In this document: one piece after another, positions 24,111 to 39,468 of the stretch
Layout of the letters: each line of letters starts with the position of its first letter
Numbering within the stretch: position 1 is the stretch's first letter
Source of the DNA: Lama guanicoe
Lineage: Eukaryota
Reading direction: 5' to 3'
Length of the DNA: 64,000 nt
NCBI GenBank assembly: GCA_013239625.1
Contig: MU054338.1
Location: 6,302,724 to 6,366,723 of the forward strand
Program-made: the position numbers and the translations under genes
Notes under the pieces: model-generated
Told to the model about the DNA's origin: nothing
Databases searched by the model: none
The model's input: the letters and a program-made list of their open reading frames with translations, nothing else

Positions 24111-25437
24111 CTGGGGGAAGTGGGAAGGCCCAGGAATCCAGAGGAAAGAGTGGAGTGGTCAAAGGAAAAACAGGAGAGATTGTGAGAAGGAACTGTGGAT
24201 GAAGTGTGAGAAGCAGAGACATCAAGGTGAGGAAAACAGCAGCAAACCGAAGGGGGGACCAGCATTTTCAGCCCCCATACCTGGCTGCTGAGGGAACAAG
24301 AGCAGGAGGGGCAGCCTCCCCAGGCTTGGAGAGCCCACCTGAGAAGTGGTCCCCGGCCAGGGCCCCTCGGCCCTCCCCAAGCAGGCACAGTCCGGCCAGG
24401 GCCCTCGGCTCATCTGAGCTGGAGGGGCAGCTTCTGACTGTGCCCCACTCATTCTCTCATTCATTTGTTCCACTCACCTACCACATGTCCAGCACAAAAG
24501 AGCTGTGTGCACTGATAAATGTCTACCCAGGTAACTACCTGGCCAGCAGAGACCCTGGACGGGGAGGCCCTCTGGCCCAGCATGCTAGCCTGAGACTGGC
24601 TCTCCAGGCCCCTCGACAAGGCAGCCTCCCTGCACCCTCAAGGCCAGGCCGCAAGGTTACCCTCTGGATTCCCACGGGCCGTGCACAGCCCCCGCCCCAG
24701 CACTGACCACAATGCATCTTAACTGCCTGGGTGCATGTCTGTCCCTGGCACAGGGCTTTCCTTTGAGGATGGAGACCTGGGTCTGTGCTTGCTCAGTGCT
24801 GTATCACAGAGCCTGGTGCAGAGAGAGCACACCAGCAGCATTTGCCAAACAAATACCAGGAAGCTGGCTGCCCACGCCTGCCCTACATCAGCTCCAGCAA
24901 GAAGACCTTCATGAGCCATAGGCACAATCTGTGTGACACTCAAGCTCACTGAGGCGGGGGCCCAGGGGCTAATGCCTGAAGCCACCAGCATTTATATTTA
25001 CATCCCGCTGAAATCAGAGCTTCCCGCTCCGGCCCCTTATCCGAGTGCTATGGAAGGTTCTGGTTTTAAATCTACAGTGTATGGACGGAAGCCAGGCAGA
25101 TCGTGGAAGCACTTCTGAAAGAGCAGCCCGAGACGCTCCGTGAACGGGCCCAGTGCGTATGGGGAGTCTGGGAAAGGCTCTGAGAAGTCCTGCAGGAAAG
25201 GAAGCACTGAATGCTAGTTAGTCTCACCAGTTCCGGAAGCACCTGACCATAGCACTGCCCTTTCCTCCTTAAACTAGCCACTGGGGTGCCCTGTCGGAGA
25301 TGCGTTGGGGATAACGAGGATGGGGACTGCTGTTAGCCAAGGCAAGCTTCCAGATACGCAGATGGCTCCATTCTTCTCCCGGACAGAGGCCCCTGTGCCC
25401 TGGCCCAGGGGGAATCCCAGCTCGACCACCTCCCTCA

Positions 25438-25677
<240 letters not shown>

Positions 25678-26739
25678 TCACGCAGGAGAACAGAGGCCCC
25701 CCACCCCTTTCCATATCCTGGGGTACACCTGCATGGGTGCTTCCAAATGTCAAAGACTCACAGATAAGCAAGCCTGGGACAACAGAGCCGAGCGAAGCAG
25801 CCCAGTGTGGTGGTCACAAACATGGCCTCTGGGGTGACCCACTGGGGTTGCAGTCTCTGGCCAGCCTTGTGAACTTGGGCCTCCTGTTACTGAGGTGTGG
25901 AGTGGGGCAACAAGACCCAATGGCAAAGGGTTAAGTAAGTCACAATCTGCAGTGTTTAGAGTAGCGCCTGGCATGTTCTAAGGACCTCATTAAAACAGCA
26001 AAGGTCATTTGACCAGGTGAGGACATTAAAATGAAACACACTGGCACGCAGGCACCCACCAACCAGCTGGGATGTCATCTCAGATAAGGGACCGGCCCTC
26101 AAACAGTCCCCTGCCCTTCCCGTCACTTGAACTCTCTGAACCCGCAAGCATAAAAGGGGCCAGATACTAGGTTCTTGGGGGATTGTTGGAAAATGCCATG
26201 TGCTCTATCCGTGGGAGCCACTGTTACTGGTTTAAAACACCTGAGTTCTATTGCCCTGGAGCCCTCAGATCAAGCCCGGCAGTGTCGACAGTGGGGCCAC
26301 CGGGGGCTATGGTGTATCTGGAAGGGACAGTAGCTTCTTGCCAATGACAACAAAGCAGACTGGAATCACTCGAGCTTTTCACAAAACTCCCAGGTTACAG
26401 AAGCTACAAGGGAACGGGGTGCAGGCTGACTGGGGGACCCTCCAAAGGGCAAATGAGCCAGTTCCTTCTCCATCAATGTCAAGGGGGGAGGGACTGTTCC
26501 AAACAAGGCGTTCTCACGAGTAGGCTTATTTCAGCTCCAGTCTGAACAAACTGCCAGGAGATCAGAGCAGACCACCAGCAGCAGTGACCCAGACCAGGTG
26601 TCAGGCCATATGAAGGCAGAATGAATGACAGTCCTGAGCTGAGTAGGTGACAGCTGAGACCCATGCTGCGGCTGGGTGGGGGCACCCCACTCTCTACCTT
26701 GTATGGGCTTGGACAGTCTTCACAAGAAAAACTTAAAAC

Positions 26740-27246
<507 letters not shown>

Positions 27247-28234
27247 CTAGGGGGAAATCAGAGTGGCAGCATTGGCTGGGTCCCCATGGCACCGAAGCAA
27301 TGTGAACCAAACAGAAAACACAGGGGAAGAGGGGTGACGGGGGGGGGCCCACCGAGTCCCCACCCTACTCCCATCTCACAGCTGCTTCAGCTGAGAGACA
27401 GGAAGGAGATGGTGGGGGGACGGCGGGCCAGAGAGACTGAGAGTGCCCACGCGCAAGCAGAGATGCTTTTCAGGAATGCAATTCAGAGGAGGCAAGTGGC
27501 AGAGAAAGCAGGTGATGGCCATCCTCCCACATCCCCATAGCACTGGATGAGCGTGAGGACACAGTTTAACTAAAGCCGCTGGGCCACCAGGGCGGGGGCC
27601 CCCCGCTCAGCACCTGTTCTAGGAGTGGGGGTGCAGCATCCGGGCCGTCTACCTCAGAGGGACCCCCTTGCGGAAAACCCCGATCAACTCTCCTTTGGGA
27701 TCCACTCCCACACCTCCACTGCCCCAGCCTCTGCAGCAGCAACCAAACCCAACGCACAGGAGCCCACCTTCCACAGACTGGGTTAAGTCCACAAGTTGGG
27801 GAAAACTGAGCAAGTGGTCAAAATTACTCGTGGAAAACCTCCTAAGTGCCCCATGATGTCAGAATATGGAGGTCTGCCACTGGTGATGCGTTTCACCATG
27901 CTGGTGACAGGTTAGAAACCCACTTTCTCAAGGTGTTCCAGGGATGGGCACTGGACTCTCATCCCTGCTGCCTGCTTAGTGAATGCATCTGGCAACAGCA
28001 AAGGCTTCCTGTCCCCGACAGTGGCCCAAACGGCAAAGGTGGAATCCGTGTGGGATTGGACCCCCCACCTTGTGTCTGCTGAGGCAAAGCTGAGATGTCC
28101 CCATGAAAACATTGGCCCGCGGAAGGGGGTTCCTGCTGAGGCAGAGCTTCCCAGATGCTCGGGTTAAGACTAACAATGGGAAGGAGAAAATGAGGGACAA
28201 ATGCGTAGGTGATAATAACGAAACCTTCCGTTAC

Positions 28235-28373
28235 CTTCTCGGCACACTTTTTAATGACTGTGGCCAGTTCTGAGACCACGAGATCAACACACTTCAGACT
28301 CGGCTCTTTGAGTTTTACAATCTGTTTTTTCACAATGGCTTCAAAGGCCATGTCGGGGGTGAAGAGCCCCGTC
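28235..28373 (-). CDS. DNM2: DNM2 mutually exclusive exon 10b (10bis)
   Basis: acccag|GACGGGG...GAGAAG|gtaacg; [46 protein letters not shown]; 139 nt. Confidence 0.96.
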
Positions 28374-29503
28374 CTGGGTCATGCGGAGGGCGGGATGAGG
28401 TAGAAAGACACCCAGGGGAAGTGCAGGCCACACACGCGGGACGAGGGACGGGAGACAGAGAGAGAAGAAACGAGAGTCAGCTGGTTAGTGACATGCAAGG
28501 AGGAGCCTGCGCCCGCATTTGCCCCAGAAGCTGCTTCGGATCAAGAGGTGTCCTCGGTCCAAGGGATGGGCCTGGTCTGGGGTTTAATTATGGAAGTCCT
28601 ACGGGTCAGTGTCAGGGTACGGACAGCCCAGGGCAGGGGGAGGCCCTTCAATTCTTATTTGTGACAATGGGCTCTGGGACAGTAGTCTCCAAACCACCTA
28701 TATTTCTTTCTTCCTTTCTTTCTTTTTTTTCCCAATCTGGGTTTCTTTCCTCTCCTTTTTCCAATCGAAGAAGCTTAAGAAGCAAATGTGGGCTTTTCCA
28801 GACTGAGAACAGAAGGATCAAGCAGATATTCTGCCTCAAAGGCCGACCCAGAGCTCCACGGCCATCGCAGACGTGCAAGCGCAAACCGCCCACCGGGAAG
28901 CGCTTCAGCTGCTTGGCCAAGGCGTGCCCCCCTGGGCAGCGGCCCATGGAGAGCCGGCGTGTCCTGCCAGGGGAAGGCAGTGGCCTGTGACCACGGGCAC
29001 AAGGGTGCTGGTGACCTAGGGGATCAGAGGACAGGCTGCCTGGGGGGACAGCACCGCTCCTGAGGCTGAAGGTGGAGGGCAGGGGAGCTGGTAGAGACCA
29101 TTAGGGGCTGAGCCTGGGATGGAGCGCTCATGATGCTGTTGGTGTTCTGGCCTTTCTCAGCATCTCCGAGACAGAGAAGTGGCTGACCCCAGGAAAGCCT
29201 GAGGGCGCCAGGCATTTTCAAGGAGGGGTGAGGGGCAGGGAGGCTCAGGGAGCTTGGCCTCCAGCAGGTGACGCGAGGTCCCTCTCCGCTACCCAGAAGA
29301 CAGCAAAGCGACAGCCCAACAAAACCCCCATCACATGCTAAGCTTGGTATCAGGGTCCCAGGGAGCCCCGTCCACCAGTCTGGAGTCTGGAGGCCTGGTA
29401 CCTCCAAAGTTGCACCCAGGCCGAAATGCTCCCGCCCCAGCCTCTGGGAAGAGGTCATGTTCTTGGAAACGGAGCCAATCTGGGAAGGAGAGGTAGGGGA
29501 CTA

Positions 29504-29851
<348 letters not shown>

Positions 29852-30364
29852 CTAGGGGTTTGACGAGGATGCCTGCGTCCACTACCTGGAGCCCCCGGGG
29901 GTGACGTGAGGACCCCGCGGTGATGCAAGACAGGAGGATGGGAGTGATGATTTTTGCTGGAATACAGTGGGGACCCAGGAGGCTCACGGGGCATCCGAGA
30001 TGGGGACAAATGCTGGGTTCCTGTGATTGGATCCTGACTCAGCTCTGACTCCCTCCCCACCCCCCAGGGCACTTCTGCAGTGAGCTTTCTTACTTCACTG
30101 ACCATGGTGACTGGGTGGTTTAACCAATGTTTAACCCAAGGGCAGTGGACAGCCCGGGGACCTACGACACCCACGCAGAACTAAGCACATCTACCCTCAA
30201 GTGCCCTGGGAGAGCCAGAGGGAGAGACTTGCAGCTACTGAAAACCACCTTGGTGCCCTCTCCAGGTCTCACAATCGGTGCCCAGAGGTCTGGGGAGACT
30301 GACTGGCTGCAGGATGGCACCGTGAAGGCAAAGGGAACATGGCAACTCTCCCCGTGGAACTTGC

Positions 30365-30432
30365 CTGACTCCGTGGATGTTCTTAATGGCGTAGCTGATC
30401 TCCCGCCGTAAGTCTTTCTCATCGAACTCCAT
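30365..30432 (-). CDS. DNM2: DNM2 exon 9 (non-canonical GC donor)
   Basis: tctcag|ATGGAG...GTCAG|gcaagt; MEFDEKDLRREISYAIKNIHGVR; 68 nt. Confidence 0.95.
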
Positions 30433-30547
30433 CTGAGAATAGACAAACCAAACACATGCAAGGAGGTCCCTGGGGCACCCCAATACTAGGCCTGTATTCG
30501 GGGAATGTTATCTTCTGTGTACCATTCGTATTCACGTGGTAGAATAT

Positions 30548-30696
30548 ATATATTTTTTAATTTGTTTATTTTTTGGTGGGGGAGGTAATTCAGTTTGTTT
30601 ATTTATTTATTTAATTAATTGGAGGTCCTGGGGATTGATCCCAGGACCTTGTGCATGCTAAGCAGGCACTCTACCACTGAGCTATACCCCCACACC
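30548..30696 (-). mobile_element. tRNA-Ala-derived SINE (camelid Vic-1 type)
   Basis: Reverse A/B-box tRNA head, (TTTA)n tail, TSD tagaatat at 30540 and 30697. Confidence 0.85.
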
Positions 30697-31644
30697 TAGA
30701 ATATTTAATTGGCCAAAAAATTTAAAAACACTAAAACTCGATTTCAGCAAGGATGTTCTGAAACTAACATTCATGCTCGTTTGGAAAGAGAATCAACTCG
30801 TAGAAATTTTCTTCTGTGCTATTTGACAGTACAAAGAAAGAACCTCTAAAAACATACCTATATAGACGCCAGATAGTTTTAAATGCTCTAGAAATACATC
30901 TTGAGAAATTAATCAAGAATTACCAACAGTCACAAAACTATCCAGAATTGCCGAAAGACATGCAAACACCGTAATGTCCAACAATGGGAGACTGGTTAAA
31001 TGCATGATGAGACAACCATAAAATAAGATAGTATTTTGCGATTCACAATGCACAAAATGTAATTTGAAAAGACGGCCGCCATATGAAAGGACCACAGTAT
31101 CAAGATACATTTTTTTTTGTAATATATATGCACACGCAGGCATGGATGAACGTAAGTGCTGTGTCTGTGGAGATTTTGCCTGCATTTGCACAGGAATAAT
31201 TCTCCAAGGACACACACCCATGTGCTAAATGGCATCATCTTTGGGTATTAGGATTATGGGTGTTTTTCTCCTGTTAGCTTTTGTTCTCCTATTGAAAAGA
31301 ACTTGACTGGTGTTTACAACGGTGATATGTGCTCACTGTAAAAAGTGTAAAACTTCAAGCAACTAAAAAAAAGAAAAAAGAAAAAAGAAAATCTCCAGTC
31401 CTAGCACCCAGAGCTGACACTTTTGTGAATATCTTTGCAGCTCTGCTCTGCTAAGACACACATCTAGATGCGTGCGTACGATTTCATACAAAGGATGCTA
31501 TAAATATCATCTGTACGTTATGCTGTGCATGCTGGCTCCAGAATCTGCTTTTTCCCTTTCAACCACATGCTGGGAACATTTTCTCAAGTGACTTCACCTC
31601 TATTTTTTACGTATTCTGCAAAGAACATGTATTGGTTTTTGTCA

Positions 31645-31983
<339 letters not shown>

Positions 31984-33347
31984 TCAAAGCAGAGCTTCTG
32001 GATTATGTCCGAGTCAAGTCACAGTTTACTTTCCTCTTTTCAGTTTTTAGCAGCAAAACGTATGTGTGGGTCCCCAAAATAAAACAAAATCCAGGAGCTG
32101 CCAATGGCAAGTACTTGCCACACACCAGGCCTGCTACAATTCTTCATTCACTGAACTGGGGGTGGGGAGCGGTTATAACTCCCACTTTGCAGATGGCAAG
32201 AGTGAGGTGCGGGGTTTGGGGGGGTGGTAAGGGTCATAGCTTAGCAACCTTCACCGTGAGACTTGGCCTGATCCGTCAGGACCACGACATGAAAAGGCAG
32301 CCCCTCCACACAATTCAATTCTACTGGTTCCTGCCAAATTCCAGGTCCAGACTCCACCACTGAGGGGCTGGGAGGCCTTGGACAGGTGGCTCTGTCCTCT
32401 GAGCCACAGTTTCTTCATCTGCAAAGTGGGTTGATTGTAACAGCACATCCACACAAGGTCCATGGAAGGATCTAAGGAGTTTCTAGATTTCATCAACTCA
32501 AAGAAGGCACCAGCCCTCATTAGTCCGTACACCCATGAAAAAGGAAAATGCTGCCAATAGTAATTCACCTGAATCTTCTGATTTGAGAAATTAAAAGTGC
32601 ACACATCATTGATGAAATGTGGTAACGCCATGCATGTCCCTTCAGAACCCAGCCCTCAGAAAGTGTCTCTAAGTGCTGCTGGCTAGTACCGTGACAAGGT
32701 GAGCAGCGAAGAACTAAGATATTTATTAGTGCTCTGGTTTTCTTTAGCATTTCTCATTGCTTCCCCTAGTTCCTTGCACTGTCTGCTTTAATAATTTCCC
32801 CACTTCCATTCTTCAAATTCTTAATTTCACGTAGTGTGTGGAGTTTCCCCAGAAGGGGAGCTGCTCCAATGGGCACAAGCCCCCCACTGGGCCTGCAGTT
32901 CTGCAGCACAGGGAAGTCCAGCTCTTACGGGCAAATACGGCTGATGCCTGCAGGCTGCCAGGGCGGTGAGGCTGGGCCACCAATGAATGGGGTTCTCCCT
33001 GAATACCCAGGGGGTCACTCACAGGGTGTCCCAGATCCCCAGAAGCAATCTGCCCACTGGAAGCAGACAGTGTGCACATCTGACTTCCTTCCCAAAGACA
33101 CACAATGGCCTATGTTAAATGCTGCACTTGGGCTTGGGACCTTGAATGGTGGCTAAACCAGGGCCAAGGTTGTAAAACGCTTAGTGCTACAGCAAAGACA
33201 GACCACAGAGCGGGAGAGTGGTTCAGGGCCAGGATGGAGCCTCCGCCACCTGCCACCAGCCTCGGAAGGGGAAAGATGCAGCACACGTGAGCCCCAGCCT
33301 CCTGGGGGCCCTGGAGTCGGAGCTGCACTCGTGGAGCCTCTACCAAC

Positions 33348-33743
33348 TGTCATGAGTTGAACAGGGCCCCCCCCAAATTCACGTTGATGTCCTAACCGCC
33401 GGTACCTCAGAATGTGAACTTACTGCAGACAGCATCTTTGCAGATGTCATTGGTTAAGATGAGGTTGTATTGGAGGAGGGTGGGCCCCTGAGCCAATGTG
33501 ACTGGTGTCCTTAGAAAAAGGGGAAATTTGGACGCACATTTGAGGGATAACGTTATGTGAAGATAAGACAGAGACCAGGAACCCCAACGTTGCCAGTAAG
33601 CCACCAGAAGCCCTCAGAAGGAACCAACCCGGCGGACACCTTGATTTTGGACATTCAGCGTACAGAACTATGAGATGACAGCTCTCTAATTTAGTTTAAG
33701 CTACCTAGTTCACGGTACACAGGAGCCACAGCAAATGAATACA
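33348..33743 (+). mobile_element. MaLR solo LTR (MLT1B/C-like)
   Basis: TG...CA termini; ccccaaattcac, ctttgcagatgt, gactggtgtcctta, agaaggaaccaaccc...gacaccttgattttggac, aatgaataca. Confidence 0.85.
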
Positions 33744-35569
33744 CCCAAGCCTGGCAAGGAAAATACCTACAGACAACCAGCACGCACTAGAGACGAAGAG
33801 TCCTGAGTTTAGAGCCACAACTGCACATCTAGGGAACACACATTCCTGCTCCGAGTTCTAGAAGGAGAGAGCACCAGATGCAAAGCACAAAAGCCAAGGG
33901 ACTAGGGCTGGTCTGAAAAATTCCCCCAATCATCTTGGCTGGGGAAAGAACCTGCCAGGGTTTTAAGTGACCTGTGTTCTAGTCACAGGATGGAGCAAGG
34001 GGTGAAGGTCATGCTGGTTCCCTGACACAGAGCAACGACTAAGCTGCACCTGGGAGGAGAAAGCCAGGCCCAGAACAACCTATCATGGTAACAATGTTGA
34101 TAAAAGTAAAAGCAGTGAGCTTTTCCATCACTGGCTCCAACTGAGACCCATTCTGTTCATACTGGGCCCATGTGGGAGCCGGGGGAATGCGCCCAGTAAC
34201 CAGTCCATGCTATCAACTCAAATTCAAGTGCTCCTCAAGCCAGCCATCCCTCTTGTAGGAGTCAGCCCTGCAGAAATCCTGGCCTTGTGCTCAACGGTGA
34301 ACTTGAGAAGCCTCTACTGAAGCAAAAAAAATACCCGCATGTCCCCTACGGGCAGCCACAGGAAATGCAAGGTTCTCAATGATGCTTCCACCGCCTACAA
34401 AAGGGCAGAACTGGGGGAAGGTCTGGTGCCACTGCGCTCATTCTCTTGTAAGGCGAGAGCCTGAAGGCGGGAACCAGGGTGCGGGGGGGGGTAGTTTTCA
34501 AAGCCAACCCTTTGTACACGTGAAGGCAGCCATCTTATAACAGAGGCCGAGGAGGATGTCACCCAACAAGCCATTCAAAGGGACACCCGCTGGCAAGGAA
34601 GGGAGAAGCAAAGGCCCCTGCTCGTCGCTGGTCTGTGCGGCCCGCAGCCAGCAGGAGGATCTGGGACCACAGATAAATGCTAAAGCAGGAACAGCAGGCC
34701 TCACTGAGGGGCCGCAGATGACAGCCGTGCACCCTACTGTGAGGTCAAAACCAGCCGGACAGGGTCGCAGAGCACTGGGGAGAGAGCACACAAGGTGTTA
34801 GGCCCCAGGGGATGGGGACCGTTTGTGGAGGGTGTTCCCTGGGCAGTCTCGGTCAAGGGCCCCAAGAGCAGCATTTTCACAAGGTTCCCCAATGGCCATG
34901 TGATATGATGGCTGCTACTGTCTTCCTTTTAGGGGCGAGGAAAGCAAGGAAGGCCCAGAGACCTCTGGCCACCGGCCTGTGGTTGCCCAGCAGGCCCAGG
35001 TTCAGCCCCAGGCCGCAGCCTCTGAAGGACATGCTAGACCAAATAGCCACCTGAAGTCTGCAAGGGGCCAGCTTGGGCTCTGCAGAAAGCTTTTTGGAAT
35101 GCAGTTGAGGCTGTCTGATTCTCACCCTGGATCCTACCACTGTGCGTGGCCACGTGGCAGAGAGGATGGGGGGACATCAGGTCTATGATGGCCATAGAGG
35201 ACAGTGTCCCCCTAGTGTGCCCGTGGGAGGGGTCTTGTGCATGGCACCATCTGAACTGCCAAGGAGCTTCTGGATCCCACTTTAGTGCTGAGGGTCCCTG
35301 GCAGGGCAGAAACCAGGAATGTGGAAGCAGGAGAGGCCCTGGGTAAGAACCCAGGATCGTGGGGTACACCCACTCCTCCACCTCATACCTACTGCTCCAT
35401 CTCACAGCTGGCAGCTGCAGGGAGCACTTTCTTAGATTCAGGGTGAGGATTCTAAGAAATCAAGCAGAAGTTGCCGACAACTCGGCATGGCTCCCTCCCC
35501 CATGTCTGTTCTTCCTACAGCAGCCAGAGGGTGCCCGTGAGCATCTGAGTCAGGCCATGTCCTGCCAGT

Positions 35570-36473
<904 letters not shown>

Positions 36474-39285
36474 TCAGAGGTCAGCATGGGCAGGAAGCTG
36501 AGAAAGGGCAGGCCGGCTCCGCCTGCCGAGGGCCCATTCATTGATGTGCCCCCAAGCCCAGCACAGTCTCCAGCCGCAAGAGCTGGAGTCACACTTGCAC
36601 GAGGGGCAGAGAGATGGGGCACAGCTTGGCCCACAGCCTTGAGATGCCGCCAGCAGCTCACGAGGCCTTGGAAGGGCAGATCAACTGGGCTGCTCACACC
36701 ACGGACCACAGGTAACTGTTTCCAAGTACCAGGCAGAGGGACCCAAATGCTGACCCAGAACAGCCTCCCATAAGAGCAAATTGCCACTCAGTGATAAAAG
36801 CCTAGGAAGCCACCGCAGGACCCAGGCACGGAAAGACTGCCACACGGATGATGATGCGTCCACACCATGGGACACTGGTTCGGGGAAGGCACACAGGCAC
36901 AGGCCAAACTGAGATGGAAACAGCTCACCAAAAAGGACAGAAAACATACATATGATGTGCTCCCTTCCATAAAGACAGGGAGAAAGTCAGAACATCGTTT
37001 CATTTGCTCAAACAGAGTGAGGGATGGGTCATGAGAGAAGGGCAGAACGGAGCAGGCGGGAAGGAAGACCCCTCACTGCCGCCCCCTCTCCTCTGCAGTT
37101 CTGCTTCTGAACCACATGGACTTGTCAATTATTCACAGATTTTAAAAGGAAGCAGTGGTGCAGAAAAGGTTAGGCAGGCAGCCTCAAGATGGGTCAGTGG
37201 AGAAAAAGCTGGATACAGAACAGTGGGTAAAGACATTGCTGTTCAGGTGGGAGAAGGGAAGGAAAAGCGAGGCAGGAGGAAGCGGGGAAGGCAGGAGGGG
37301 CACTTTGGCCTCTCCAGTGTCTGGACTGTCTCTAGGAGGCCTGGGAAGTGGTGACACTGGCTGCCTCTGGGGAAGGGACATGTCACAGGGTGGGAGGAAG
37401 TGGGACATTCACTATATTTGGACTGTCTTTTTTTTTTTTAACTACAATAAAAAAAGAGAAAAAGAAAATGGCAAAACAAAAGCCATAAAATCAGCTAAAA
37501 CCCCTAAAATCAGCTAAAACCCCAAAAGTGAGGAGCAGCGTCCTGTGACCAACTGTCATATAATACCAAAGAAATTACAAACTATCCATCAAGCTGGGAA
37601 AGAGGTGTGAAGGAGACTCACACTCTGTGGCATGCACCAGATGGTCACCCCAAAGTCCCGTGGCCCCCCCCATGGAAGCTGCAAGCCCCCAAGGGTGGGG
37701 ATCCACTCCGGTTCCCGAGAGCATCCCGGCCCATTACAGCTGCCCCACTTAGCTCATGGGGCACCAGAGGGGCTGGGGACCACTGCTGCAGGAAGCACCA
37801 GGATGTGGGGCCAAGCCCCCGGGAGGCCAGCTGGGCTGCTTGCCTGCGGCTCTGAGGAGGCCCCAGACACCTGCGGGGAGTTTTACTTCCCTTCCTCTCT
37901 CTCCGCCCCCTGCCCAGGCAGACCCCTGCTTCCTTTCCTGGAGGGCCCCTTACTTCCCTCTTCGTTCTCCAGAGCTGCCTTCTGGCCACCCTGCCCCGCA
38001 CCAGCCCTCTTCCCAGGCCCCGTCACTGCCAAGCCCTTGGTCGTGTGTTTATCTGAGGACCTGTTCCGAGTCGGTGCCCCCAGTTAGAAATACACCTTCC
38101 CCAAGGACAAGGCCTAGCTCCCACGTTGCCACATGGCCACTGCACGCATGAGGGACTCTCAGGTTGCCGTTTTTAGGCCCTGCCCCCATCCAGGATGCTA
38201 CCACACAGCATCAAGGGGGAGTTCCTTGCGAGCCCGGGCCACTTGAGACAGCTCTAAGAACCTTGCTCCCTGCTACCATGCAGCTACGTAATTTGGGGAC
38301 TTCATTCCCCGGAGAAATCGATGGACTGGCACGTGTGCAAAGTGATGTCGTTAACGGCAGCCTTTTACTGACTAGGAACATGAGAAACCAGCCAAGCGGC
38401 CCTCCCAAAAGAGCCTGGGTAAACAGACTAGGACCCATGTGTTCAAGGACGACCACACGGTCATGAAAAAGATGGGGAAAGGTTTCTGTTCAGCAGGGAC
38501 AGAGCCCCAGGAGATATTGCTGAGGGGAAAAAAAAAAGCCAGGGGGAGGGTACCCACAACTATGTGATCATCTATAGTAAGAAAGGGAGAAATATGATTC
38601 TCAAAAGTCCTTTTAGATTTTATAGACAGAAAGAAACTCAGGCGGTATTAACAGTGGTGACCTAAAGGGAAGTGCAGGGCGCTTCACCATAGACTTTTAA
38701 ATACTGGTTTTGTTTATGAACCTTGTGAATATACTACCTGTGGGAAAAAAGAGTAAGAGAAAAGCAATGAAATACTCGAGTTGCCAGCACTGGATACGTC
38801 CTGCATTTCATGCAGCACATGCAATGAACACTTAGCAGACGCCAGCCTGAGAGGCAGGGATGGTGGTAACTCCCAATTGATGGACAGGGGAGGGAGGCTC
38901 AGAAAGGCTGGGCTAAGCTTTGGATTCAAGAAAGTCAGGCCCTAAAGTCCTCTTGCTTACCTACCATCTAGTGCCACCAGCCTCTCTACCTTGATTCAGG
39001 TGAGGCATTCGTAACCCAGGTCATCAGTGTCAGGAACTGTATGCAAACTTCTGGGTATGTGACTAAATAATTACAGTGGTAATTAAAGTAACAGTAACCG
39101 TAGTAGTGATGGGAATAAGAGTACTGGTGCCAACTTCCTGAACACCCACTCTTCACCAGGTCCTGAGTCCAATGTCAGCTGAACCTATTTTGCTAAAACA
39201 AGTGTTGCTCTAGACCAAGGCCAGTGCCACTGTGGACTGCAGCTGTTGTGCAGTGCACAGCCTGAACAACTGCACAGAACCTTCA

Positions 39286-39468
<183 letters not shown>

